This document shows, piece by piece, positions 45,572-55,826 of a DNA stretch of 64,000 nucleotides. The stretch's first letter is position 1. The number at the start of each line of letters is the position of its first letter. The notes beneath the pieces were generated by a model. It was not told the DNA's origin. It saw only the letters and a program-made list of their open reading frames with translations, and made no database searches. This DNA comes from Thermoproteota archaeon. GTDB taxonomy: Archaea; Korarchaeota; Korarchaeia; Korarchaeales; Korarchaeaceae. The DNA is taken from contig JALSOH010000004.1 of assembly GCA_026986575.1 (NCBI GenBank), forward strand, positions 384,001-448,000. Direction: 5' to 3'. Position numbers and translations under genes: made by a program.

Positions 45572-48069
45572 TGAGGAGGATCGCACCGATAATCTCGATG
45601 ATCCTCGTATTGCTACCTATCCTCTCAGCAGGAGTGAACGGCTCTCCTTCCCCTTACTTGAAGGTAGAAGATTCGTACTGGAGCGGCCTCCTAGTGTTGG
45701 GGGCGACGAATACCTTCACCGTGGAACTGAAGAGCCTCTACTCTGGATCCATAAGCGGAATTTCCGCCACCTTGACCGTCCACGACATGGCTGGATCTGA
45801 TTACTCGGGAACCTTCTCCTACCCCGGCTCCCTCTTCGAAGGGCAGGTGCTGGTCATGGACTTCGGAATATTCGTACCAGCGAACGCGGATGCATCTCAT
45901 TATAGGGCTACCTTGGAGGTGAGCTTCACAGCGGATGGCACTCCTGAAACGGAGACGTTCGATCTCTACGTGACAATCCAGGGCACTCCTCAAGTGAAGT
46001 GCTCCCTCTCCGCCACCGCCAAGCCAGGGAGACCTGCTACCGCTCAACTCACACTATTCAACAACGGAGATGGCGTCGCTAGGAGGGTAAGGGCCGTAAT
46101 AAACCCTACATCACCTAATGTACAGGTTTCCTCCCCGGTGGAGGCAGGTATCATCGATCCGGGTGAAAGTAAGACGTTCCCCGTCACCATATATGTTGGC
46201 GACGCCGCTGATGAGGCGGTGACCTTAACGGTTACCGTCACTTGGGAATCTCAGGTGGGAGCTGGGGGTCAGTATACATGCACGCAAAATGTGGCGATCT
46301 CGGAGATGCCGCCTCGCGGCCTATTCGTGACCACAAACACCACGACCTTGGAACCGGGCAAGGTTAATAGGATATACCTCTTCGTTGAGAACAGAGGGGA
46401 AGATGCATTCAGAGCCACGTTAACCGTCCAATCACCCCCGAATACGGCTGTACGTGGGTCTAACAAGGTAGACTTGGGGAACATATCCTCAGGGAATGTA
46501 GTGTGTGTTCCCATAGACCTCTTCGTGGATCCGTCAATTAGGGGGCCCTTGCAGTTATCGACCAACGTTGAATGGTTTGATTCTGGATCTGAGCGCCACA
46601 CCAATCCTGCGAACTTAGGATTTTACGTGGAAACGATCCCGGGGCCCTATCTCGTGGCCTACACGGATAGGAAGGTGCTGACTCCGGGAGAGCAGGACAT
46701 GGTGAACATAGTCCTGAGGAACGAAGGGGAGGAAACTGCTAAGTCCGTCAGGGTGAACTTTGTTCCCTCCAAGGATTTGGCGCTTCTATCCCCAAGTGGA
46801 GTCGAGGTAGGGGACTTGGAGCCTGGGCAGGGAGCTGAGATGACGGTACTGGTATCCGCGCCGAACGTGAGTTATGGGAGCCTGGCGATGACCCTCCAAA
46901 TCTCCTACTTCGATGAACATGATAGATCTAGGGAGCAGGTTATACCCCTCTCCTTCATAACTGAGAGTCCAGATACCCCATTGATCTCCGTGTCACCGTT
47001 AGATACGGAGCTGACGGTGGATGAGGTAAACAGCATTAGGGTGAAGGTAACGAACGAGGGAGGGATAGCTAGAGACTTGGTAGTGAAGTTGGCCCTGCCC
47101 TCCCCGGAGTTGGGTGCTATAGTAGGTGAGGACTACGCCTACATAGAGCAGCTCGATCCCGGGAAATCGGTGATAAGAGAATTCTCCGTTTATTTATCGC
47201 CTCAAGCATACGGAGCAGTCCAACTCTTGGTTCACGCTAGCTACGAGGACGAGGCCGGCATTGCTCACAATGATCTGCTCTCATTCGGTGTGAGAGCCGT
47301 GGGAAAACCCCAGATAGAGGTGGCTCATGTATCTACAGCCCCCTCTTCCGTATATCCCGGTGATACCAATGTGAAGCTGGTTGTGGTCCTGACCAATGTA
47401 GGCAATTACGTGGCGAAGGATCTGAGAGTCGTCCTCAAGCCCATCCCCGGTGTGATGAAACCCTCATCTCCGGGAACCGACACGTTCCTCATACCGGCAC
47501 TGCCACCTAACCAAGCAATGGATGTTACATTCCTCGTCGATATAGAGGAAAACGCCAAGCCAGGCAGGTACGAAGCCACACTGGTGTCCAAGCTCGGAAA
47601 CACAACCATACCCGTCCAAATAGATGAGAAGGCGAAGTTCAAGCTGCTCGAGTTCTCCATACCGGGTAGGCCCAAACCTGGAGACAGGGGGGTGAAGCTG
47701 ACAGTTGTAATAAAGAACGAGGCCAGGGTGACGGCTAAAGACGTTGTCCTAGAGGTCATAACCCCTTACTTGGTGGGAACGACATCCTTGGCGCTGGGAG
47801 AAGTACCCTCGAAGTCCAACGCCTCCGCCATAATGGAAGTGGATATAGATGAGAACGCTCCCGAGAAGGTGCCAGTGGATATCAAGATCTCTTGGAAGCA
47901 GGACGGTCGCTCGCTCTATCAGACAATCCATACGGAGGTGAAACTGGAGGCCGCTGGAGGAAAGTGGTGGGGAGGGAACTACTTAGGTCTCATAGCGATA
48001 TCGATCATAGCGGTCGGAGTCTTGGCATCCCTCCCAATGATAAAGAAGTTCATCTCGGGAGGTTCTTAG
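45568..48069 (+). CDS. COG1361-type S-layer-domain/Ig-repeat surface protein
   Basis: Signal peptide, repeated N.G...A / G.L.PG units, C-terminal TM helix; follows the ABC-2 pair. Confidence 0.82.
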   Translation: MMRRIAPIISMILVLLPILSAGVNGSPSPYLKVEDSYWSGLLVLGATNTFTVELKSLYSGSISGISATLTVHDMAGSDYSGTFSYPGSLFEGQVLVMDFGIFVPANADASHYRATLEVSFTADGTPETETFDLYVTIQGTPQVKCSLSATAKPGRPATAQLTLFNNGDGVARRVRAVINPTSPNVQVSSPVEAGIIDPGESKTFPVTIYVGDAADEAVTLTVTVTWESQVGAGGQYTCTQNVAISEMPPRGLFVTTNTTTLEPGKVNRIYLFVENRGEDAFRATLTVQSPPNTAVRGSNKVDLGNISSGNVVCVPIDLFVDPSIRGPLQLSTNVEWFDSGSERHTNPANLGFYVETIPGPYLVAYTDRKVLTPGEQDMVNIVLRNEGEETAKSVRVNFVPSKDLALLSPSGVEVGDLEPGQGAEMTVLVSAPNVSYGSLAMTLQISYFDEHDRSREQVIPLSFITESPDTPLISVSPLDTELTVDEVNSIRVKVTNEGGIARDLVVKLALPSPELGAIVGEDYAYIEQLDPGKSVIREFSVYLSPQAYGAVQLLVHASYEDEAGIAHNDLLSFGVRAVGKPQIEVAHVSTAPSSVYPGDTNVKLVVVLTNVGNYVAKDLRVVLKPIPGVMKPSSPGTDTFLIPALPPNQAMDVTFLVDIEENAKPGRYEATLVSKLGNTTIPVQIDEKAKFKLLEFSIPGRPKPGDRGVKLTVVIKNEARVTAKDVVLEVITPYLVGTTSLALGEVPSKSNASAIMEVDIDENAPEKVPVDIKISWKQDGRSLYQTIHTEVKLEAAGGKWWGGNYLGLIAISIIAVGVLASLPMIKKFISGGS

Positions 48070-49492
48070 CCCTCCCGAACTCCACGAGAGCCTTCATGGC
48101 TCTCACAGCTCTTTCTGACTCAGGGTATGCTGGTATGCCCTCCCTCTCGAAGAGCTCCCTGAACTCCCTAGCGTACTGAGAGGACCCCACATCCATAGCC
48201 ACCACCGGCTTGTCGTACTCCCTAGCCAATCTGGCCAATTTGCTGGGAAGCTCTGCACTCACGCCGGGGACATGGTGGAGCGCTAGGACTATAATCCCGT
48301 CTACATTCTCGTCTTCCAGTAGGATCTTCATCGATTCAACGAATGAATCGTCAGTCGCACTTCCAGTGAGATCCACTGGATTACCTGTGGCAGCTATAGG
48401 AGGTATTATCCTCCTCTCTTTGAGCTCTTGGAACTTCCTCTGACTCTCTTCAGTTAGATTGGACAGTCTGAGACCTAGCGCTTCAGTTTCGTCGGCGGCC
48501 ATCACCCCTACCCCACCCCCATCGGTGAGTATGGCTATCCTGTTACCCTTCGCGGGTGGCTGCATCACGAGGGCCTTGGCGGCGTCGAACAGTTCCTCCA
48601 TATCCCTGACCCTTATCACCCCCGCTTGCTTGAACGCCGCGTCGTAAACCGAATCGCTCCCAGCCATCGCGGCGGTATGGGAGCTGGCGGCCCTAGCTCC
48701 GGCGCTCGTCCTCCCTGCCTTGAAGACCACGATAGGTTTCTCTCTAGTTATCTCCTTAGCGAGCTCGAGGAATTCCCTTCCCCTGTCGATGGATTCGGCG
48801 TAGATGAGGATGACCTTGGTCTCCTCATCTTCTTTCAGGTACTCCAGCACATCCACCTCATCAACATCTAGCTTGTTCCCGTAGCTCACAAACTTAGCCA
48901 GTCCTATACCCTCTCCATGCATGTAGTCCAAGCAAGCGACCCCGAAAGCGCCTGACTGGGTGCTTAGGGATATGTTCCCAGGCTTGGGCCTGGGGGACGA
49001 GGTGTACTTCCTCCCCAAGAATTCCTTCTCGACGGGCAGGAACATGGTGTCCACGCCTGTGGAGGGGACCACCACTCCCACACAGTTGGGTCCAATGACC
49101 CTCATCCCGTATCTCTCCCTGATGCTCTCAAGCATCTTCTGGAGCTCCACTCCCTCCCCTCCCACCTCGGCGAATCCCCCGCTTATCACTATGACGTTCT
49201 TTATGCCCTTCTTCCCACATTCCTCCATAGCTGGTGGTGTATATTTGGCGGGAGTTACCAAGACGGCCAGGTCAGGGGTCTCGGGAATATCCAACACCGA
49301 TTTGTATGTAGGAACACCCAGAATCATCTCATCAGATTTCGGATTGACCGCGTAGAGCTTGCCCTTGTAGACCCCTCTTTGAGAATTCTCCACCATGATC
49401 CTCAGCAGCTCGTACCCTATCTTACCTGGAGTCCTCGATGCTCCCACGATCACCATAGATTTTGGATTGAAGAAGCTCTCTATCGAAGACAC
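48050..49492 (-). CDS. acdA: Acetate--CoA ligase (ADP-forming) alpha subunit
   Basis: GAS..PGKIG, GPNCVG, SQ-like TQSGA, SHTAAMAG (phospho-His), NPVDLTG. Confidence 0.92.
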   Translation of the reverse strand: MSSIESFFNPKSMVIVGASRTPGKIGYELLRIMVENSQRGVYKGKLYAVNPKSDEMILGVPTYKSVLDIPETPDLAVLVTPAKYTPPAMEECGKKGIKNVIVISGGFAEVGGEGVELQKMLESIRERYGMRVIGPNCVGVVVPSTGVDTMFLPVEKEFLGRKYTSSPRPKPGNISLSTQSGAFGVACLDYMHGEGIGLAKFVSYGNKLDVDEVDVLEYLKEDEETKVILIYAESIDRGREFLELAKEITREKPIVVFKAGRTSAGARAASSHTAAMAGSDSVYDAAFKQAGVIRVRDMEELFDAAKALVMQPPAKGNRIAILTDGGGVGVMAADETEALGLRLSNLTEESQRKFQELKERRIIPPIAATGNPVDLTGSATDDSFVESMKILLEDENVDGIIVLALHHVPGVSAELPSKLARLAREYDKPVVAMDVGSSQYAREFRELFEREGIPAYPESERAVRAMKALVEFGRAKNLPR

Positions 49493-49581
49493 CCTACTTC
49501 ACCAAGCCTCCCTCTAGTGTCATAATAAAGAGGTTTCACGGTATACTCCTATCGAATAGGAGGGCCGGATATGCCTGATAT

Positions 49582-49617
49582 TAAGAAAAAGGAAAGGCCC
49601 GGGCGGAAAAAGGGCCG
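49582..49617 (-). terminator. Hairpin plus U-tract after the histone gene
   Basis: Minus strand: GGCCC-n11-GGGCC followed by TTTCCTTTTTCTT. Confidence 0.5.
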
Positions 49618-49622
49618 GAGAC

Positions 49623-49847
49623 TTATGTCTTCCAGACAGCTCTAACGGCCAGCTCGATGTCGTCGCCGGTTACGGTCTTCCTATTAGCATGCTTGGCGAG
49701 GCTGACTGCGTGCTTGCTCACTTCCATGGCAAACTTCTCCATGTAATGCTCAAGCCTCTCAACAGCAGCGTCACTAACCCTCTCAGCACCGGCCTCCCGG
49801 ATTATCCTCCCGATGGGAGCTAAAGGTAGATACCTCGTCTTGGGCAT
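49623..49847 (-). CDS. Archaeal histone (HMf-like)
   Basis: LPLAPIGRIIREAGAERVS...AKHANRKTVTGDDIELA. Confidence 0.95.
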   Translation of the reverse strand: MPKTRYLPLAPIGRIIREAGAERVSDAAVERLEHYMEKFAMEVSKHAVSLAKHANRKTVTGDDIELAVRAVWKT

Positions 49848-50037
49848 AAGATAAGGGATCCCAGGTTAAATAAAAAATTTCCCCTTCAAAGCTATGAGAG
49901 GGCTCTACTCAGGAGAGTAGCTTATAACTTCGACATCATCATCTTTACACTGAAATCCATTTAATTTAACATCTGGGATCTTAGGAAGTAGGGAAATTAC
50001 AAGTTCACTTGGAATAAATGGAGAGGTGTTATTAATT

Positions 50038-50591
50038 ATGGCGAGGAGAGTAAGAATTAGCAAATTGGTATCGCTACTACTGAGGCATAGACCGGACTTA
50101 GGTGGATTGTTGCCAAATGAGAGAGGGTTTGTCCCACTAGACGATCTCCTAGACTCCGTAGTTAAAATCATGAGGGAAGAATGCTCTAAGGAGGAGTCCT
50201 AGATGTCATAATGAGCGATGAGGAGAGATTCGAGATAGTGGACGGGATGGTGAGGGCCAGATACGGCCACAGTTTTACGGTCAAATACAATAGGCCCCTC
50301 CAGCCGGAGGAGGTCCCTGAGATACTATATCACGGGACCACCCTCGACTCCCTAGGATCGATACTGAGGGAGGGGCTCAAGCCGATGGGTAGGAGATATG
50401 TCCACCTCTCCCTCACCAAGGAGAGAGCCTTGAAAGTGGCAAAAAGGAGAAAAGGACCTCACGTCATTCTCAGAATAAGGGCTAGAGATCTCGCCAATGA
50501 TGTGCCGCTATACAGACCATCGCGCCTTACCTTCTTGGTGGAGAGGGTTCCCTCGGAATATATAGAAGTGGAGGAGGTAGTCAGGGGGTAA
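50038..50591 (+). CDS. kptA: RNA 2'-phosphotransferase KptA/Tpt1, frameshifted near 50196
   Basis: N-terminal part MARRVRISKLVSLLLRHRP stops at TAG 50200; the -1 frame continues VLDVIMSDEERFE..RARYGHS, LYHGT, R.YVHLS. Confidence 0.88.
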
Positions 50592-50592
50592 T

Positions 50593-51461
50593 TTGGATCC
50601 GGCCATAATAGTGCACGGTGGGGCTTGGGACATACCTCCAGACCTTTTGGAACCCAGCGTTCTCGGTGTGGAGAGGGCAGCTCGTGAGGGATTCAAGTTA
50701 CTGCAGGAAGGATATTCGGCCTTAGATGCTGTTGAGCAAGCAGTTGCGATAATGGAGGACGATCCAACGTTCGATGCAGGTGTGGGGTCAGTTCTCAACT
50801 TGGAGGGATACGTCGAACTGGATGCCATAATAGTGGACGGGGCTTCCCTTAGGTTCGGTTCTGTCGCGGCTGTTAGGCGCATTAGGAACCCCGTCTCTTT
50901 AGCTAGAGCCGTAATGGAGGAGATGAAGGAGATGATGTTCGTCTCCGAGGGCGCCGAGAGAGTTGCCTTGGAGTTGGGGTTCGAACTGATAGATCCCGAG
51001 GAGTTAATCGTGGAGAGAGAGCGCGAGGCTTGGAAGAGGAGGATATCTAGGGCAAGGGGGACCGTTGGCGCCGTCGCCCTAGATACAAATGGCAGGATAG
51101 CGGCTGCCACCTCCACAGGAGGCGTGCCCCTCAAGAGGCCAGGCAGGGTGGGGGATACTCCACTCATAGGGTGTGGGGCCTACGCTAACGAGCTAGGTGG
51201 GGCAAGCTCCACTGGGCAGGGGGAACCAATAATGAGGGTAATGCTGTCCAAACTCGCTGTGGATTTTCTGGCTAGGGGGTTACACCCCACAGAGGCCGCT
51301 CAGAGGCCCTCTCCTTCATGGCCGATAGGACGGGAGGTTGGGGTGGCTTAATAGTCCTAGATAATAAGGGGAGAGTAGGATACGCTCACACCTCGAGGAG
51401 GATGGCGGTCGCCTACTCCATAGACGGGGATGTAGTGGCGAAGATCAGCTCACTCGAGTGA
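50593..51461 (+). CDS. Plant-type L-asparaginase/isoaspartyl peptidase, frameshifted near 51305
   Basis: HGGAW, DAG.GS, GTVGAVALD, TSTGG, GRVGDTP; the -1 frame restores GGWGGLIVLD.KG...T..MAVAY to TGA 51461. Confidence 0.88.
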
Positions 51462-52440
51462 GATCAGGATAGGGATCCCTAACCTCCTCAGGGCTTGGAA
51501 ATTCCTTCACTTCCCCTCCTACGACAAGCTCCCTCCCCTCTTTCTTGAGCTCACCTATCATACTCACGGAGAATCCGTGGGATTCCATGAGGTCTTTGAG
51601 GAAACCCAAGGGTAGGTTGCCCGGAATGGCGGCCAGCACCACGCCTGAGCTGGAGGCAGCCATAGGATCGAACCCCATCTCCCGGCCCAGTCTCAGGAGC
51701 TCCGGTGGGAAGGGAATAAGGTCCTTGTTCACGGTGAAGCCTAGCTCAGCAGCATCTGCAAAGTCGTTCAGGAGCCTTATAAGTCCGCCTTCTGCCCCGT
51801 CCTTCATTCCATTTACTCTAGAGAATAGAGCTAGATCCCTAGCCGAATCAACGGCTGTTAACATCCACCTAGCCCTTCTCCATCTCTTCACAGTTCTCTT
51901 ACCGAACCTCTCCTCTAGGAGCGTCGGATTGAAGTGAGCAACGCCGTAAAGTAACTCAGCTCCAGGTATGCCCACTAAGAGGAGCCTATCTCCGATCCTC
52001 GCTAGCTTGGGCGTCACCGGCTCCCTGACCTCTCCGATCACTGTTGTGACGACGATGGGCTCCTTCACCGACTCATACCAACCAGTGTGTCCAGTTATCA
52101 CGGTTACGCCGTACCTATAAGCCTCCCAGTCTATCCCTTTGGCTATCCTCAGAGCTAGATCGTCGCTAGCGTCTGATGGCAGGAGTATGGTGCTACTCAT
52201 TAGCTTAGGCTCGGCCCCCAAGACCGCCACATCCGATGCGGAGAAGTGGAAAGCGAAGTAGCCAAGATCTTCTCCGGGCACTCCCAATGCTGGATCGGTG
52301 GCGTACACTCTCGTCAGGCCCATTAGCCTCTCTGCCCCAGCATCTATGCTGGGATGCGGAGGAATAGCTATATTCCTGCCGAGTCTTCCAACGTACTTCG
52401 TTATTTCCTTTAGTAAGGATCTCCCAGCTTTTCCCTCCAT
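51445..52440 (-). CDS. AIR synthase-related (PurM/HypE/ThiL fold) protein
   Basis: ATDP, ASDVAVLGA, TGHT, MKDGAEGG; ATG at 52440. Confidence 0.82.
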   Translation of the reverse strand: MEGKAGRSLLKEITKYVGRLGRNIAIPPHPSIDAGAERLMGLTRVYATDPALGVPGEDLGYFAFHFSASDVAVLGAEPKLMSSTILLPSDASDDLALRIAKGIDWEAYRYGVTVITGHTGWYESVKEPIVVTTVIGEVREPVTPKLARIGDRLLLVGIPGAELLYGVAHFNPTLLEERFGKRTVKRWRRARWMLTAVDSARDLALFSRVNGMKDGAEGGLIRLLNDFADAAELGFTVNKDLIPFPPELLRLGREMGFDPMAASSSGVVLAAIPGNLPLGFLKDLMESHGFSVSMIGELKKEGRELVVGGEVKEFPSPEEVRDPYPDLTRVS

Positions 52441-52504
52441 TTCTCGAGGTGTGCGGATGGCTTTAATGATAACATTTTTGAACGCTCTTCCCAGTTGTGG
52501 AGGG

Positions 52505-53326
52505 ATGAAGGTAGCCATCCAAGGAGAGAGAGGATCGTACAGCGATGAAGCGGCCAAAAGATTCTTTGAGGATAGGGAATACGAACCTCTGTCTAAAAGA
52601 TTTTTGGAGGAGGTGTTCGATTCAATAGAGTCCGAGGAGGCTGACTACGGTGTCATCCCTATTGAGAATTCCAGTACGGGGAGTATTAGGAAATCCTTAG
52701 ACCTCCTACTGGAAAGGGACATTAGGGTCGTGGGCGAGATAAAGATCCGGGTGAGGCACGCCCTACTTGGGGTGAAGGGCGCCAGATTAGAGGATGTTGA
52801 GGTGGTGTACTCTCATCCGGAGGCAATATCTCAGTGCGAGGGATTCCTCAAGTCTTGGGGATGGAGGGTAATCCCGAGCTTCGACACCGCAGGAGCCGCT
52901 AGGGAAGTGGCCGAGCAGGAGGATAGGAGAAAGGCCGCGATAGCTAGCGAGAGGGTGGCTGAGCTTTATGAATTAGAGGTGCTCGCTAGGGACATTCAGG
53001 ACTTGCCCCACAACACCACTAGGTTCTTCGTGATCACTAAAGAAGGGGAGTGGCCTAGGGACGCCGACACCACATCAGCCTTCTTCGCCACGAGGCACGT
53101 GCCAGGCGCCCTGTGGAGGGCACTTGGAGTGTTCGCTAGGAGAAACATCAACCTCTTATGGCTTGAATCCCGCCCTATAAGGAGGGAACCTTGGAATTAC
53201 TCGTTCTTCGTGGAATTCGAGGGATCTCTATGGGAAAAGTACGTAAGGGACGCTCTCGAGGAGCTGGAGAGCGAGTCGATATGGGTGAAGGTGCTCGGGA
53301 CCTATAGGAGGACCTCGGTTTTCTAG
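52505..53326 (+). CDS. pheA: Prephenate dehydratase with ACT domain
   Basis: QGERGSYS, PIENS, SHPEAISQC, NTTRF, LESRP; ATG at 52505. Confidence 0.94.
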   Translation: MKVAIQGERGSYSDEAAKRFFEDREYEPLSKRFLEEVFDSIESEEADYGVIPIENSSTGSIRKSLDLLLERDIRVVGEIKIRVRHALLGVKGARLEDVEVVYSHPEAISQCEGFLKSWGWRVIPSFDTAGAAREVAEQEDRRKAAIASERVAELYELEVLARDIQDLPHNTTRFFVITKEGEWPRDADTTSAFFATRHVPGALWRALGVFARRNINLLWLESRPIRREPWNYSFFVEFEGSLWEKYVRDALEELESESIWVKVLGTYRRTSVF

Positions 53327-53364
53327 TCTTGAAACCATAAATTTGGCCTCTGTAGTGAACACTG

Positions 53365-53880
53365 GTGATGAGCATGGCGAGGATAGCTATACTAGTACAC
53401 GATAGGGTGGAGGATGACGAGTTCACCTTCCCGCTCTATTACTTCAAGTGGAGGGGTCACGAGGTGGTGGTGGCATCTCCGCTAGAAGAGTTCGGAAGCA
53501 AGCACGGCTGCAGGAGGTGGAAGCCTGATGTAAAGACATCGGACCTGAGGGCCAACGACTTCGATGCTTGCATAATCCCAGGAGGTTACAGCCCCGATAA
53601 GCTCAGGCTCGATGTACACACGCTAATGTTTGTTAGGGAGATGCTTATGGCGGGGAAGGTCGTCGCTGCTATATGCCACGGTCCTCAAGTGCTCATCTCG
53701 GCCAAGGTCGTGAGAGGGAGGAAACTAACCTCAGCTAGGCAGGTCAGAGACGACTTGGTGAATGCTGGCGCCGAGTGGGTGGATGAACCGGTAGTAGTGG
53801 ATGGAAACCTGATCACTTCCAGATATCCCATCGACCTGCCAGGCTTTGTTGAGGCTATAGAGAGGACCCTAACCCGCTAA
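53365..53880 (+). CDS. pfpI: PfpI/DJ-1 family protease/deglycase
   Basis: IPGGYSPDKLR, AICHGP, DGNLITSR.P.D. Confidence 0.92.
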   Translation: MMSMARIAILVHDRVEDDEFTFPLYYFKWRGHEVVVASPLEEFGSKHGCRRWKPDVKTSDLRANDFDACIIPGGYSPDKLRLDVHTLMFVREMLMAGKVVAAICHGPQVLISAKVVRGRKLTSARQVRDDLVNAGAEWVDEPVVVDGNLITSRYPIDLPGFVEAIERTLTR

Positions 53881-54384
53881 CTCTTTCCTAAACCTGTCGT
53901 CCAAGGCTCTCACATCCTCCTCATTATTTTCTCCGCGAGAGTATGCCTCCAACCTCTCATAGTTCAGGTGAATGAACTCAGGACCCCATTTGAACGGATC
54001 GAGTAACTCCAAGGCCTGCTCCTTGTAGCCCAGTATGTAGAGACTCGCGGCCAAGGCTTCCACCGTGGATAGTCTCTCAGGCACCCCGTAATTTATGGGG
54101 TTAGCTGCCACTAAGAAGGGTAGTCTCCTCTGTTTCCCGTGAGGCCATCTAACCGACTCTACCTTACGCCAAGAGGCATCCACAGCTACTATGCCCTTGG
54201 TCCCCTCCTTGTCGACGGGTGACAGGAACCTACGGGAGAGCGGATTCAGCACAACTAAGGAAAATCCTTTACTGGGTCTATACCTCTCGGCAAGCCCCAG
54301 CCTAAGGAGCTTCGAACCTGTAGCCCTCTTGGGATCGTCTTGATGGAGCCTGAGGACTATTACCTTGATCCTCTTGGGGCTCAC
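53869..54384 (-). CDS. tsr3: 16S rRNA aminocarboxypropyltransferase
   Basis: DDPKRATG, DASW, RRLPFLVAANPINYG, LSTVEALAA, FKWG. Confidence 0.93.
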   Translation of the reverse strand: MSPKRIKVIVLRLHQDDPKRATGSKLLRLGLAERYRPSKGFSLVVLNPLSRRFLSPVDKEGTKGIVAVDASWRKVESVRWPHGKQRRLPFLVAANPINYGVPERLSTVEALAASLYILGYKEQALELLDPFKWGPEFIHLNYERLEAYSRGENNEEDVRALDDRFRKELAG

Positions 54385-54623
54385 TTCAGCTTCTCCAGTA
54401 CGATGAACGTAACCGTGTTCTCCACACCCTCCTGACTCCTCAGGCTCTCTATTATCCTAGCCAGCTCGAAAGTGTTAGCTGCCTCCACTCTTAGGAGGAA
54501 ATCGAACTCACCTGTAACGTAGAAGACCTCCTTGACCTTCTCGTTCTCTGGGAATACCTTCTTCAGATCGGTAGTGCTAGAAGGCTTGACGCTTATGGCT
54601 ATAAACGCCTCCAACATACCCAT
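54381..54623 (-). CDS. Stand-alone Lrp/AsnC ligand-binding (RAM) domain protein
   Basis: VTGEFDFL, GVENTVTFIVL; no HTH. Confidence 0.85.
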   Translation of the reverse strand: MGMLEAFIAISVKPSSTTDLKKVFPENEKVKEVFYVTGEFDFLLRVEAANTFELARIIESLRSQEGVENTVTFIVLEKLK

Positions 54624-54784
54624 CCCAGACCCCTCTTTTCCCCCTTCGGGATTAGTGTATAGGCTCCTAAATAAACTATACTCCGGTGGTCTCAGGGGGC
54701 GCGGGAGGCGGAGCGTGTACCTCGCGGCTTCGGATTGAACTTTTTAAGTCAGCCCACCGCGGTCCTATAAGCTGATAATGGATC

Positions 54785-54807
54785 CGACTTATGTTCGACA
54801 TATGTCG
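54785..54807. promoter_or_regulatory. Palindromic operator-like site upstream of the RHH gene
   Basis: Perfect CGACATATGTCG (54796-54807) overlapped by imperfect CGACTTATGTTCG; TATA at ~54831-38. Confidence 0.45.
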
Positions 54808-54869
54808 TTTCGAATTTCTACAATAATCGCTTATATAGAGGAGCTGTTCTGAACAGGTAAGGTGAGAGA

Positions 54870-55070
54870 ATGAGCCAGCAAGTATCGCTGCAGGTTGACA
54901 AGGAACTCATCGATGCCATCGATGCCCTCGTATCGGAAGGCATGTTCAAGAGCAGGTCCGAGGCCATTAAGGCGGCCCTTATGGGCTTCATAAGGACGAA
55001 GAATGCCGAGAGAGTGAGAGAGGTATACGAGGAGTTCATATCAGAAGCTATATCCCACTTCAGAAGGTGA
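54870..55070 (+). CDS. Ribbon-helix-helix (CopG/NikR-like) regulator
   Basis: VSLQV..ELIDAIDALV.EG.FKSRSEAIK. Confidence 0.85.
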   Translation: MSQQVSLQVDKELIDAIDALVSEGMFKSRSEAIKAALMGFIRTKNAERVREVYEEFISEAISHFRR

Positions 55071-55173
55071 TTTTTGAACCGAGGCACTGATCCTCATCTA
55101 TATTAACGATCATCTTGATGCTTCCCCGCTGTTTTTATCATTCCATCTCCCCACTAGGAGAGGGGTTATCGCT

Positions 55174-55821
55174 GTGATCGCCGCCAAACTGTTCAAAATT
55201 CCAGACTACAATCCGAGCAAGCTAATTGAAGCACTCTCAAACTGGAGGGAAGAGATAGAGAGGGAAGGGAGGACCCTTCTAACAACCTTCGAGTCCTTGG
55301 AGTCCTCCGGAGACGAGGTCTCAGGAACCTTGGCTAGGGACAGGTTGGTCAGGAGGAGATCTAGGAGGGGTATCTCACTGACGGTGGAAACTCAGTACGC
55401 AGACTTCCTGACCTTTAAGGTTGAAAGCTCATTCATTATGGTGTTCGGAGGGAGGAGACTGGCTGAATTCGTGGCATTCAAGGTCACTGAAGCCCTTAAG
55501 GGGGAGGGGGAGTTCGAGCACTGCGTACTCCCGGAGGAGGTCTTCGAATCCCTCAGCGAGGGGACCAAGGTGGCTCACTTCGAGGACCTCAGGAGCTCGG
55601 GGATCAGGAAGATAGCCATCTACGGAGAGAATCTCGAGGATCTAAATCTTTACAAGGAGATGAAACGTCTAGGGAGACTTTCCTACGTACAATTCTACTC
55701 TCCAGAGCTGGGCGGGTCCGTAGGACTGTCCAGAGACTTCTCCATAATAGCTTACGGGGGAGTGGATAGGAGGTCGCTGGTAGAGTACGTGAGATCCCTG
55801 CTTACCGAGGCGATCTGTTGA
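55174..55821 (+). CDS. Hypothetical protein
   Basis: 215-aa ORF, GTG start, codon usage like neighbouring genes. Confidence 0.7.
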   Translation: MIAAKLFKIPDYNPSKLIEALSNWREEIEREGRTLLTTFESLESSGDEVSGTLARDRLVRRRSRRGISLTVETQYADFLTFKVESSFIMVFGGRRLAEFVAFKVTEALKGEGEFEHCVLPEEVFESLSEGTKVAHFEDLRSSGIRKIAIYGENLEDLNLYKEMKRLGRLSYVQFYSPELGGSVGLSRDFSIIAYGGVDRRSLVEYVRSLLTEAIC

Positions 55822-55826
55822 CCGCA

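Noticed and set aside
49905-49945. ATGATGA...CTGA on the minus strand upstream of the histone gene (possible C/D sRNA)
   Set aside because: Only one box pair, no terminal stem and no recognisable rRNA-complementary guide
52298-52557. Long N-terminal extensions on pheA and the AIR-synthase-like ORF
   Set aside because: They overlap each other; starts at 52505 and 52440 match the family N-termini
54675-54735. GC-rich imperfect hairpin (possible H/ACA RNA)
   Set aside because: No clear K-loop or 3' ACA; pairing is weak
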